Assembly: GCA_965263355.1 (NCBI GenBank)
Contig: CBDHHL010000056.1
Span: 2,176,001-2,240,000, forward strand
From: Leptolyngbyaceae cyanobacterium
Lineage (GTDB): Bacteria; Cyanobacteriota; Cyanobacteriia; Phormidesmidales; Phormidesmidaceae
Direction of reading: 5' to 3'
Length of the DNA: 64,000 bases
The notes under the pieces are model-generated. The model saw only the letters and a list, made by a program, of their open reading frames with translations, did no database searches and was not told the DNA's origin. Below are positions 55,235-64,000 of this stretch, one piece after another. The first letter of the stretch is position 1. Every line of letters starts with the position of its first letter. The translations under genes were made by a program, and so were the position numbers.

Positions 55235-57729
55235 TGGCTAATCAGCCTGACTGGATCCGGCTGCAAAAGGCACTCAGTGTCGAAGCAGACACTGGATTTA
55301 ACGATTTGCAGGGCCACCAAAAACGATTTAGCGAATTTTTACGGGATAACTTACGCAGAGCACCCAGCAGCCTCACACCCATGGAGCAAGAACGCTGGCG
55401 TGATCTAGCTGATGACTTTGATAAATATAGCGCCCTCACATTTGCCCAGCGACAGCATCTAGTCGCCAATACCCGACGTTTTTTACAGCAAAGTCGTCAA
55501 CTATTGGACAACCCCACCCCCAAAGTCAGTGAAGCACCGGATAGTTCTCAATCTTCAACATCAAAAGCCGCCCACCGCCCTAAAACCAAATCCTTAATCG
55601 CGAAGACCCCAACCCCAACACAATCGGGTCACCCCCTGGATCAGGCCATCACCTATCTCAAAGGCATGGGCCCAAAAAATAGCGAACGTTTGGCCAAGCT
55701 GGGTTTGTATACCGTCCGAGATGTACTGTTTTACTACCCTCGTGACCATCTGGACTATGCTCGTCAGGTCAAAATTCGCGATTTAACCCCTGGGGACACG
55801 GTCACTGTCGTTGGTACTGTGCGTTGTTGCAATTGTTTCAATAGCCCTCGCAATAGTAAGCTCGCTATTTTTGAACTGAGTCTCTATGACAGGACTGGCA
55901 ACTTAAAGATTAGCCGTTTCTTTGCCGGGGCACGCTTTCGTAACCGAAGTTGGCAAGAACGCCAAAAACGTCTTTATCCGATTGGCGCTACCTTAGCCGC
56001 CTCAGGGTTAGTCAAAAAAGGCAAATATGGCATCACGTTGGATGATCCTGACCTTGAGGTTTTAGGAGATGCTCAGGAAGCGATTGACTCGGATACTGTA
56101 GGTCGCGTGGTGCCGGTCTATCCCCTGACCGAGGGAGTACCTGCGCCCCTTGTGCGTAAAGCAGTTGTCGCAGCGTTACCAGCTGCCATAGAAATCAGAG
56201 ATCCGTTTCCCACTGTCATTAGGGAGCAACATGGCCTGATTCAGCTGCCAGTGGCCATTGCTCACATCCACTTTCCCCCTGACAGCGAGGCCCTTGCCAT
56301 CGCCCGCCGTCGTCTAGTTTTTGATGAGTTTTTTTATTTGCAGCTGGGTCTGTTATCTCGCCGAAAACAGCAGCAGGCACAGACTCATATTCATATGGCC
56401 CCGACGGGAGAATTGATTGACCAGTTCTATGAGTTATTACCCTTTAGCTTGACCAGTGCCCAGACTCGAGTCGTGCAGGAAATTTTAGTGGACTTGCAGC
56501 AGGCCACCCCCATGAACCGCCTGGTGCAGGGAGACGTCGGTTCTGGCAAAACCGTTGTCGCGGTTGTGGCGATTCTCGCAGCTATTCAAGCAGGCTATCA
56601 AGCGGCTCTGATGGCACCCACCGAAGTGCTAGCAGAACAGCATTATCGCAAACTAGTCGAGTGGTTTACTTTACTACACTTACCAGTAGACCTCCTGACA
56701 GGCTCTACCAAAACCGCTAAACGCCGAGAAATTCATTCTCAGTTAGCTACTGGAGAGCTGCCTATCTTGGTGGGCACCCATGCGCTGATCGAAGACCCCG
56801 TAAAGTTTAATCATTTGGGGCTGGTGACCATTGATGAACAGCATCGGTTTGGTGTGGCTCAGCGGGCTAAATTGCAACAAAAAGGAGATAATCCCCACAT
56901 CCTGACTCTGACAGCGACACCGATTCCTCGCACCTTAGCCCTGACGCTGCACGGGGATCTAGATGTCAGTCAAATTGACGAGTTACCACCAGGACGAAAA
57001 CCAATTCAAACTACGCTGTTAACGGGGCGAGATCGCAACCACGCCTACGACCTGATTCGACGGGAAATAGCCCAGGGCCGTCAGATATATATCGTGCTAC
57101 CTCTGGTCGATGAATCCGAGAAACTAGATCTGCGTTCTGCCATTGAAGAACACCAACGGCTAAGCGATGTGGTTTTTCCTGAGTTTAAGGTGGGATTACT
57201 CCATGGCCGTATGAGTTCTACCGATAAGGACACTGCCATCACCCAATTTCGTGATCGCCAAACCCAAATTTTGGTATCTACCACGGTTGTAGAAGTCGGG
57301 GTAGATGTCCCCAACGCCAGCGTTATGCTGATTGAACATGCTGAACGATTTGGTCTTTCCCAACTGCACCAGCTGCGGGGACGGGTGGGGCGGGGTACAG
57401 ATCAGTCCTATTGCCTGTTGATGAGCAGTAGCAAGAGTGACACAGCTTTGCAGCGTTTAAGGGTGTTAGAACAATCCCAGGACGGTTTCTTTATTGCTGA
57501 GATGGATTTACGATTTCGGGGGCCTGGTGAAGTGTTAGGTACCCGTCAATCGGGCTTACCAGACTTTGCTCTAGCCAGTCTGGTAAATGATCAGGAGGTA
57601 CTGGAACTGGCGCGAGGAGCAGCAGAGCAATTAATTGCACAAGACTCTAGTCTGGAAGAATGGCCATTAATTAAAAAGGAATTGAACCATCGTTATACGA
57701 AGCTAATGGGTGGGGCAATTTTCACCTGA
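55234..57729 (+). CDS. recG: ATP-dependent DNA helicase RecG
   Basis: QGDVGSGKT, DEQHRFG, TATPIPRTL, QLHQLRGRVGRG, RGPGEVLGTRQSG. Confidence 0.97.
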   Translation: MANQPDWIRLQKALSVEADTGFNDLQGHQKRFSEFLRDNLRRAPSSLTPMEQERWRDLADDFDKYSALTFAQRQHLVANTRRFLQQSRQLLDNPTPKVSEAPDSSQSSTSKAAHRPKTKSLIAKTPTPTQSGHPLDQAITYLKGMGPKNSERLAKLGLYTVRDVLFYYPRDHLDYARQVKIRDLTPGDTVTVVGTVRCCNCFNSPRNSKLAIFELSLYDRTGNLKISRFFAGARFRNRSWQERQKRLYPIGATLAASGLVKKGKYGITLDDPDLEVLGDAQEAIDSDTVGRVVPVYPLTEGVPAPLVRKAVVAALPAAIEIRDPFPTVIREQHGLIQLPVAIAHIHFPPDSEALAIARRRLVFDEFFYLQLGLLSRRKQQQAQTHIHMAPTGELIDQFYELLPFSLTSAQTRVVQEILVDLQQATPMNRLVQGDVGSGKTVVAVVAILAAIQAGYQAALMAPTEVLAEQHYRKLVEWFTLLHLPVDLLTGSTKTAKRREIHSQLATGELPILVGTHALIEDPVKFNHLGLVTIDEQHRFGVAQRAKLQQKGDNPHILTLTATPIPRTLALTLHGDLDVSQIDELPPGRKPIQTTLLTGRDRNHAYDLIRREIAQGRQIYIVLPLVDESEKLDLRSAIEEHQRLSDVVFPEFKVGLLHGRMSSTDKDTAITQFRDRQTQILVSTTVVEVGVDVPNASVMLIEHAERFGLSQLHQLRGRVGRGTDQSYCLLMSSSKSDTALQRLRVLEQSQDGFFIAEMDLRFRGPGEVLGTRQSGLPDFALASLVNDQEVLELARGAAEQLIAQDSSLEEWPLIKKELNHRYTKLMGGAIFT

Positions 57730-57747
57730 CGGTGGACAGTGCCCACC

Positions 57748-57981
57748 TCACGATCGATTACCTGAAAATACAGTCAGCAAACTGGCGGTACCAATCATAC
57801 CAAAGGCCAAGCCAAACCCTAACCATAGGCCAAAAGGCAGGGGCACCGATCGAAATGCCAAAAATTTTAGGGACACCAGAGTGGCATTTTGGACTGAGAG
57901 GATTGCGATCGCAACCACTAAAAATGCCGGAATAACCACGAGAAAAAATTTAGTCATACCTTGGACAAGCACCCTTGCCAC
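57748..57981 (-). CDS. LapA/DUF1049-like small membrane protein
   Basis: AILSVQNATLVSLKFL..RSVPLPFG; two TM helices. Confidence 0.75.
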   Translation of the reverse strand: MARVLVQGMTKFFLVVIPAFLVVAIAILSVQNATLVSLKFLAFRSVPLPFGLWLGFGLAFGMIGTASLLTVFSGNRS

Positions 57982-58029
57982 TGATACAGCGCAATATTAA
58001 CTGAAGCATGATGCTAAGGATTTAAAGCA

Positions 58030-58061
58030 ATTAAGCCTTCACCTAACGGCAAAGGCTTAAT
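58030..58061. terminator. Hairpin
   Basis: ATTAAGCCTTC...AAAGGCTTAAT. Confidence 0.5.
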
Positions 58062-58294
58062 CACTTTTAGATTTCCAGTATAGAAAACGCTCGTATAGAA
58101 TGGCTAGCCAAATAACCCCTTAATGGATTTACCTAGCTAATAAGTAGGTTTCTGTATAAGTTGTTCGTATGAACTGTATTTAAATTAGCCTGCAGTTTTT
58201 AGAACGTCCATAAATACCGTATAAGTTCACTTGAAGAAATATTAAAGCGACGCCTATTCTAGATGGGTTTCCCGAGCCCAACTAATTTGAGTGC

Positions 58295-58339
58295 AAAAGA
58301 TACGCAGGGCACCGAGATTAGTCCCGACGCCCTGCGTAA
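58295..58339 (-). terminator. Hairpin/terminator on the minus strand
   Basis: TACGCAGGGC...GCCCTGCGTA followed by TCTTTT on the minus strand. Confidence 0.6.
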
Positions 58340-58586
58340 ATAACTAGTTCTGTATAAGGAAACTGCTAAAAAGTCAGTTGTAATAGAGTGTAGATTTAAG
58401 CTGCAAACGCAGTAGTCATAGGCGTTCTTTCGAACTATCCATAGACTACCCCAGGTTTCTTAGCAATGAACATAAACCCCCCATGAAATTCAGTAAAACC
58501 ATCTTAAAGAACATCTAAGAATCTAGCTTTGGCAAAGCTTTGAGCAATTTACATAAACGCAAAACCTATACCTAAGTGAATCTCAC

Positions 58587-59474
58587 TTAACGATTTATTT
58601 CCAGATAAATGTGCTCTAGGGTCACCGGACTTCGGGCAATCGAATTAATCTGAATACCATCGAATTTTGCGAGTAGTTCTTTGAGTTCGAATCGCTCAGG
58701 CACCCAAAATGATAACTGCATATCGTAACGACGCATCGTAAAACCATGGTCGGCTGCCCTGGCAATGGCTAAAGCCTCATCTGGTGTTTGCACGGTGACC
58801 ACTTCCTGGGCTGGAATATTAGTTCGCAACTCAGCCAGGTTGCCTTGCGCTAGTAACCGTCCCTGATTGAGAAACCCGATGCGATCGCACAGTCGCTCCG
58901 CCTCGTCTAGTAAATGGGTCGTCAACAGCACCGTTATCCCCTGTTGCTTCAGTTGACGAATCAGCGTCCACACCTCGTAGCGCGATTCAATGTCTAATCC
59001 AGTCGTCGGTTCATCCAAAACCACCAACTTGGGCTGATGCACAATGGCCACGGCCAAGCTTAGTCGTCGCTGCATCCCACCGCTAAGAGCACCCACAATG
59101 CTATTGGCACGGTCCTGCAGGTTAACGGATTTGAGACAGGTTTGGATGCGTTGCGATCGCAGCGAGGCTTGAAGACCATAGATTTTGGCGAAGAACGCCA
59201 GATTTTCCCTACAGGTAAGACTCTGATACAACAGGTTTTGCTGCGGCATTACCCCCAAATAGGGTTTTGTCACTTCTGACGCAGAATAACCAGCAATCAA
59301 AACCTGTCCTACATCAGGCTGCAACAAGCCACTCAACAAATTAATAGTGGTAGTTTTTCCAGCTCCGTTAGGCCCTAGCAAACCATACACTTCACCTGGG
59401 AGCAACCTAAGGGTTAAATCTATTAGCGCCTGCCGCTGGCCAAAGGCTTTTGATAAATTCTGAATATCAAGCAC
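58587..59474 (-). CDS. ABC-2 type transporter ATP-binding protein
   Basis: GPNGAGKTT, LSGGMQRRL, LDEPTTGLD, TTH. Confidence 0.93.
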   Translation of the reverse strand: MLDIQNLSKAFGQRQALIDLTLRLLPGEVYGLLGPNGAGKTTTINLLSGLLQPDVGQVLIAGYSASEVTKPYLGVMPQQNLLYQSLTCRENLAFFAKIYGLQASLRSQRIQTCLKSVNLQDRANSIVGALSGGMQRRLSLAVAIVHQPKLVVLDEPTTGLDIESRYEVWTLIRQLKQQGITVLLTTHLLDEAERLCDRIGFLNQGRLLAQGNLAELRTNIPAQEVVTVQTPDEALAIARAADHGFTMRRYDMQLSFWVPERFELKELLAKFDGIQINSIARSPVTLEHIYLEINR

Positions 59475-59595
59475 GCAGCCCGGATCTTGTACATCTTCAT
59501 GAGCCTATGGCATTAACACCATTAACGTAAAGACAAAGACAGATACGAGCACAAATGCTAATATTAAGCACGGTTCCCGGTTAAGCCGGAAACGA

Positions 59596-59669
59596 GGGCA
59601 TGTAGCTCAGCTGGATAGAGCACCAGATTCCGGTTCTGGCGGTCGGGGGTTCGAATCCCTCCATGCTCG
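59596..59669 (+). tRNA. tRNA-Arg(CCG)
   Basis: GGGCATGTAGCTCAGCTGGATAGAGCACCAGATTCCGGTTCTGGCGGTCGGGGGTTCGAATCCCTCCATGCTCG. Confidence 0.95.
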
Positions 59670-59937
59670 TTTTTGAGGTTTTGCAGTATAGATAGGCTGA
59701 AGACATCAGAAAAGTTTCTCAAATAAAAAATCCTTAAGTTTGCAAAAGCTCCACCCTAAACCTTATAAATTTAGTTAGTGAAGGCAATACCGCCAGTATT
59801 TAATCAAACTTTAGGTTTTACCCTTACCAATTACACTGTCATTCTGAATAAAAATCTGATACCACTTACACTCATAGATACAAACTCGTTAGATAATGCA
59901 ATAAATTAATCAACATTGCGTAACATTTGTCTCAATT

Positions 59938-60789
59938 TTGGCTGCACGCTTTCTGATCGGAATTTATACGGCTCAAGCCTCTATGGCTGAAGCTCTCAAG
60001 AAAACGCTTACCCATAGTCCATTTGCTATTAGTTGGAGCAAAACACAAGCAGAGTTTGTGCAATGGACCATTACCAATCGTCATCGAATTGATTGCTTGG
60101 TTGTGCAACCTGCCCAGGATGGCTTGAGTTTGCTACATGAGCTGTGGGAGCGTGATATTTTGCTACCTACGTTAATTATCTCAGCTCAGGACGCTACAAG
60201 TAATCAATTCGATTATCATGACGCCGTCATCCACGTCTCCTCAACACAGCTAGATACGATTGAAAGTCAAGTTCACGCAGCCATCACTCAGTTTTTACAG
60301 TTGCCAACCAACCCAAATACCATAGTTGCTAATGAAAATACTGAGACAGATAATCGTGATAGTCGCGTCTTTTTACTAAGTCTGCAACAGCAACGCTTGA
60401 CTGAAAAATTACAAGAACGCTTAGGTTATTTGGGTGTGTACTACAAGCGTAACTCTCAAAATTTTGTACGCAACATGACTGTGGAGGAGCGTCATGAGTT
60501 TTTAGACCAGCTGCGTCAAGACTATCGTCAGATCATCCTGAGCTATTTTTCATCGGATGATAAGAGCCTCAATCAGCGTATTGATGACTACGTGAACTTA
60601 GCTTTCTTTGCTGATGTATCTATATCTAAGGTTGTCGAAATTCATATGGAACTTATGGACCATTTCTCTAAACAACTTCATATGGAAGGGCGTAGTGAAG
60701 AAATTTTGCTGGACTACCGCTTAACCTTGATTGATGTGTTGGCTCATTTATGTGAAATGTATCGTCGGTCCATTCCCCGTGAAATGTAA
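59938..60789 (+). CDS. kaiA: Circadian clock protein KaiA
   Basis: Pseudo-receiver N-terminus; KLQERLGYLGVYYKRN; LLDYRLTLIDVLAHLCEMYRRSIPRE; TTG start. Confidence 0.96.
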   Translation: MAARFLIGIYTAQASMAEALKKTLTHSPFAISWSKTQAEFVQWTITNRHRIDCLVVQPAQDGLSLLHELWERDILLPTLIISAQDATSNQFDYHDAVIHVSSTQLDTIESQVHAAITQFLQLPTNPNTIVANENTETDNRDSRVFLLSLQQQRLTEKLQERLGYLGVYYKRNSQNFVRNMTVEERHEFLDQLRQDYRQIILSYFSSDDKSLNQRIDDYVNLAFFADVSISKVVEIHMELMDHFSKQLHMEGRSEEILLDYRLTLIDVLAHLCEMYRRSIPREM

Positions 60790-60866
60790 TTACCGCCTTC
60801 CGTACTTACTAGAGCAATCTTTGGATGCCTACACACCACATTCGCCACACTTTCGGGAGCCTCTCA

Positions 60867-61169
60867 ATGGCCTATAAAAAGACCTACATTTTAAAACTTT
60901 ACGTCGCTGGCAATACTCCTAATTCCACTCGAGCACTAAAAATGCTCAATACAATCCTAGAAGAAGAATTTCAGGGTGTCTATGCATTGAAGGTTATTGA
61001 CGTTCTGCAAAATCCACAACTGGCTGAAGAAGATAAGATCCTGGCGACGCCTACCCTGGCCAAAATCTTGCCACCACCTGTGCGTAAAATCATCGGTGAT
61101 CTGTCTGATCGTGAGCGTGTCCTGATTGGGCTAGACTTACTCTATGATGAACTCAGTGATGACAACTAA
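60867..61169 (+). CDS. kaiB: Circadian clock protein KaiB
   Basis: [42 protein letters not shown] at 60867. Confidence 0.97.
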   Translation: MAYKKTYILKLYVAGNTPNSTRALKMLNTILEEEFQGVYALKVIDVLQNPQLAEEDKILATPTLAKILPPPVRKIIGDLSDRERVLIGLDLLYDELSDDN

Positions 61170-61494
61170 TACGCTAGCAGCTGTGGAAATTTCAGTTCTG
61201 TCTGATATTTAGTTTGATTGGGTATTGTTTAGAAAATTGTTTCTACTCTCCAGACTGGAGAGTAGAAAAGGCTTTTATAAATAATCTCTAAGCCCGGTTA
61301 TTTATAAAAGCTCCAGAAGCCTGTGAATTGTCTACACCCAGAAAACCTTTAATTTCCACAGGATATATTGGCATCTAACTATTACTTATGCGTAGAATCA
61401 GCGATAGTGATTGCTCTGATTAACTTAACCTGCTGAAATATTAATAATATTCTTTTCTACCGTTGTATCTTTTTACAGGCCAATTTACCAAATC

Positions 61495-63051
61495 ATGAAT
61501 CAGTCTTCTCAAGGTGAAATCCCCTCGAATACTACCTTGGCGGGCGTTAGAAAAATTCGCACCATGATGGAAGGCTTTGATGACATTAGTCATGGTGGCC
61601 TTCCTGCTGGACGTTCCACACTGGTAAGTGGCACCTCAGGCACTGGTAAAACTCTGATCGCTGTCCAGTTTTTGTACAATGGCATTATCGATTTTGACGA
61701 GCCTGGCGTATTCATCACGTTTGAAGAATCCCCCGCTGACATTATTCAGAATGCATGCAGTTTTGGCTGGGACCTACAAAAGCTTATCGATGATGGCAAA
61801 CTATTCATACTAGATGCCTCTCCCGATCCAGAAGGCCAGGAAATCGTTGGTAATTTTGATCTTTCGGCCCTAATTGAACGAATTCAGTACGCTATTCGTA
61901 AGTACAAAGCTCGGAGAGTATCCATTGATTCCGTTACTGCTGTTTTCCAGCAGTACGATGCAGCTGGTGTAGTGAGACGGGAAATTTTTCGATTAGTTGC
62001 CCGTCTTAAGCAAATGGGTGTCACTACACTGATGTCAACTGAGCGGGTGGAAGAATACGGCCCAGTTGCTCGCTTTGGGGTAGAAGAATTTGTTTCAGAT
62101 AACGTCGTTATCGTGCGCAATGTGCTCGAAGGAGAACGACGACGGCGTACTATTGAAATCCTAAAACTACGGGGAACTACCCATATGAAAGGAGAATATC
62201 CTTTCACGATTACTCAGAACGGGATCAATATTTTCCCATTGGGGGCTATGCGACTGACTCAGCGCTCATCGAATGTGCGTGTATCGTCTGGTGTTACGGC
62301 CTTAGATGAGATGTGTGGCGGCGGCTTCTTTAAGGATTCGATTATCTTGGCCACTGGAGCAACGGGTACGGGCAAAACCTTATTGGTTAGTAAGTTTATC
62401 GAAAATGGCTGTAAAGCAAATGAACGAGCGATCTTATTTGCCTACGAAGAATCGCGAGCGCAACTATCGCGAAATGCCTATTCCTGGGGTATAGACTTTG
62501 AGGAACTAGAGCGAGCTGGGTTACTAAAAATTATTTGTGCTTATCCCGAGTCAGCTGGTCTAGAAGATCATCTGCAAATTATTAAGTCTGAAATCGCTCA
62601 ATTTAAGCCATCTCGGATTGCAATTGATTCTCTTTCAGCGCTGGACAGAGGCGTAAGTAATAATTCGTTCCGCCAATTTGTGATTGGTGTAACTGGCTAT
62701 GCCAAGCAGGAAGAAATCACGGGTTTCTTTACGAATACAACGGAACAATTTATGGGCTCCCATTCGATTACGGACTCCCATATTTCCACTATTACAGATA
62801 CTATTCTAATGCTGCAGTATGTGGAAATTCGTGGGCAAATGTCACGGGCGATCAATGTATTCAAGATGCGGGGCTCATGGCATGACAAGGCTATCCGTGA
62901 ATACACGATTAGCGCCAATGGCCCAGAAATCAAGGACTCTTTCCGTAATCTTGAACGCATCATTAGTGGTTCACCGACTAGGGTTTCTGTGGATGAAAAA
63001 AGCGAGCTGTCACGCATTATGAAAGGTGTACAGCCAAATGATTTAGAATAG
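61495..63051 (+). CDS. kaiC: Circadian clock protein KaiC
   Basis: Two RecA-like domains (GTSGTGKT, GATGTGKT); phosphosite motif DSHISTITD. Confidence 0.98.
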   Translation: MNQSSQGEIPSNTTLAGVRKIRTMMEGFDDISHGGLPAGRSTLVSGTSGTGKTLIAVQFLYNGIIDFDEPGVFITFEESPADIIQNACSFGWDLQKLIDDGKLFILDASPDPEGQEIVGNFDLSALIERIQYAIRKYKARRVSIDSVTAVFQQYDAAGVVRREIFRLVARLKQMGVTTLMSTERVEEYGPVARFGVEEFVSDNVVIVRNVLEGERRRRTIEILKLRGTTHMKGEYPFTITQNGINIFPLGAMRLTQRSSNVRVSSGVTALDEMCGGGFFKDSIILATGATGTGKTLLVSKFIENGCKANERAILFAYEESRAQLSRNAYSWGIDFEELERAGLLKIICAYPESAGLEDHLQIIKSEIAQFKPSRIAIDSLSALDRGVSNNSFRQFVIGVTGYAKQEEITGFFTNTTEQFMGSHSITDSHISTITDTILMLQYVEIRGQMSRAINVFKMRGSWHDKAIREYTISANGPEIKDSFRNLERIISGSPTRVSVDEKSELSRIMKGVQPNDLE

Positions 63052-63081
63052 AGATAGAGTTGAGAGATGAGCTTGCTCTGG

Positions 63082-63852
63082 CTAGGGTTTGGTCCCTGTG
63101 ATCACCAATTTCTCATCTACAATTTCGATACTATCTAAGGTCAAGCCTTGTTGATTGAGCATGGAGTTAAGACGCTGCTCAATATCGCCTGCAGAAATAC
63201 CCATTTGGTCAGCAACATCGGCTAAAGGCAACGTAAATTGACCCAGCTTAAAACGCAAATCCTGGTCCAGGCTCAGTTTGCCATCTTGGATGTGAGGACG
63301 GGCAACCAACCCCACATAAATATCACGGTTGCTCAACATAGGAGCAACTGCTGTGAGCTGTTCTAGACCCGCTTGAATATCCGTAGGCAGACTTTCCCGA
63401 GGTAGTTCTGATAGGTTCAAGACTGCCCCCATTTCGATGAGATCGTTCCTGACCATAGTTCTTATAGAACTAGCATTTGCAAGGATTTGAGCGGCCTGTG
63501 GCTGACTTAGAATAGCATCATTAACAAATTGATTCAGCTGAGTTTCGTCTAAGGTAACGCTCACCTGACCATTTTCGCCAGCGATGTTAGTCAATTGCTG
63601 CTGAATAGTTATCTGCTCGGGCACAGACAATTGCGCGGTCGGTTCCATGCTTTGCCTTGGTTCAAAACGACTGAGCGGAGCTGGTTCGGAGAATGCTGAC
63701 GCACCGTCCATATCTGTTTGTCCATGTGCGTGATGTTCAACCTGCCCATCACGGGTTGGGATACTCGTTACGCTATACCAACCATAGGCAAAACTGCCAC
63801 CAGCTACTGCTGACACCACAACCAGGCTGATTAATAATGCTACTTTTCTCAT
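63082..63852 (-). CDS. Hypothetical membrane-anchored/periplasmic protein
   Basis: 256-aa ORF with N-terminal hydrophobic anchor. Confidence 0.65.
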   Translation of the reverse strand: MRKVALLISLVVVSAVAGGSFAYGWYSVTSIPTRDGQVEHHAHGQTDMDGASAFSEPAPLSRFEPRQSMEPTAQLSVPEQITIQQQLTNIAGENGQVSVTLDETQLNQFVNDAILSQPQAAQILANASSIRTMVRNDLIEMGAVLNLSELPRESLPTDIQAGLEQLTAVAPMLSNRDIYVGLVARPHIQDGKLSLDQDLRFKLGQFTLPLADVADQMGISAGDIEQRLNSMLNQQGLTLDSIEIVDEKLVITGTKP

Positions 63853-64000
63853 GGTGTGGTGTGCCGTTGTAACTTACACTCAAATCTTCAACAGTGTAGC
63901 GTCTCTATCCGCTTAAGCAAGCGATATTAAGCCTAATCGCGATTGTTCCCAAGCCTTAAACTATTACCATAGGGAACACATTCCTCAGTTTTTAGCCCCA

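Larger units (their letters stand above)
1169..59160. repeat. Dispersed HIP1 octamers (GCGATCGC)
   Basis: Copies seen near 1169, 2539, 12079, 13935, 14311, 26947, 30436, 32947, 40200, 45402, 47160, 49733, 55184, 57905, 58881 and 59153. Confidence 0.85.

Noticed and set aside
58396..58473. tmRNA (ssrA), suggested by the tag-like ...AFAA ending
   Set aside because: No tRNA-like GGGGC...TTCGA 5' domain or TCCACCA 3' end, and no ANNIV-type resume sequence
59596..59669. Island integrated at tRNA-Arg
   Set aside because: No integrase and no duplicated tRNA 3' end seen; kaiA follows directly

Overview
Core chromosomal segment of a beta-cyanobacterium: frequent HIP1 GCGATCGC octamers, psbA/psbH/psbN/psbI, kaiABC and ado-aar. 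A Leptolyngbya-like filamentous lineage is an impression only. Most of the window is housekeeping: tRNA-Phe/Tyr/Thr and tRNA-Arg, the ado-aar-accA-SDR-folE cluster, trpF, sigC, an SNF2 helicase, rpsP-khpA-phoH, tatA-pth, a type 2 McdAB carboxysome-positioning pair, dnaE, aat, ftn6, hemE, rimP-nusA-ylxR-infB, cofG, pilT, rpsB-tsf, recG and kaiABC. Points of interest: (1) dnaE is one continuous intein-free gene rather than the usual split-intein pair; (2) a ~2.3 kb patch of decayed and intact toxin-antitoxin genes and REP/MITE-like repeats lies next to it; (3) EF-Ts has a 63-bp tandem-repeat tail broken by a 16-bp footprint-like insertion; (4) there are two copies of a MITE-like element, one of which supplies the cofG C-terminus; (5) a structured element sits between kaiB and kaiC; (6) an unexplained ~600-bp intergenic region at 58.0-58.5 kb has tandem mini-ORF/motif/hairpin units. 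No CRISPR array, prophage or complete IS was seen. All calls come from reading the sequence; no searches were run.
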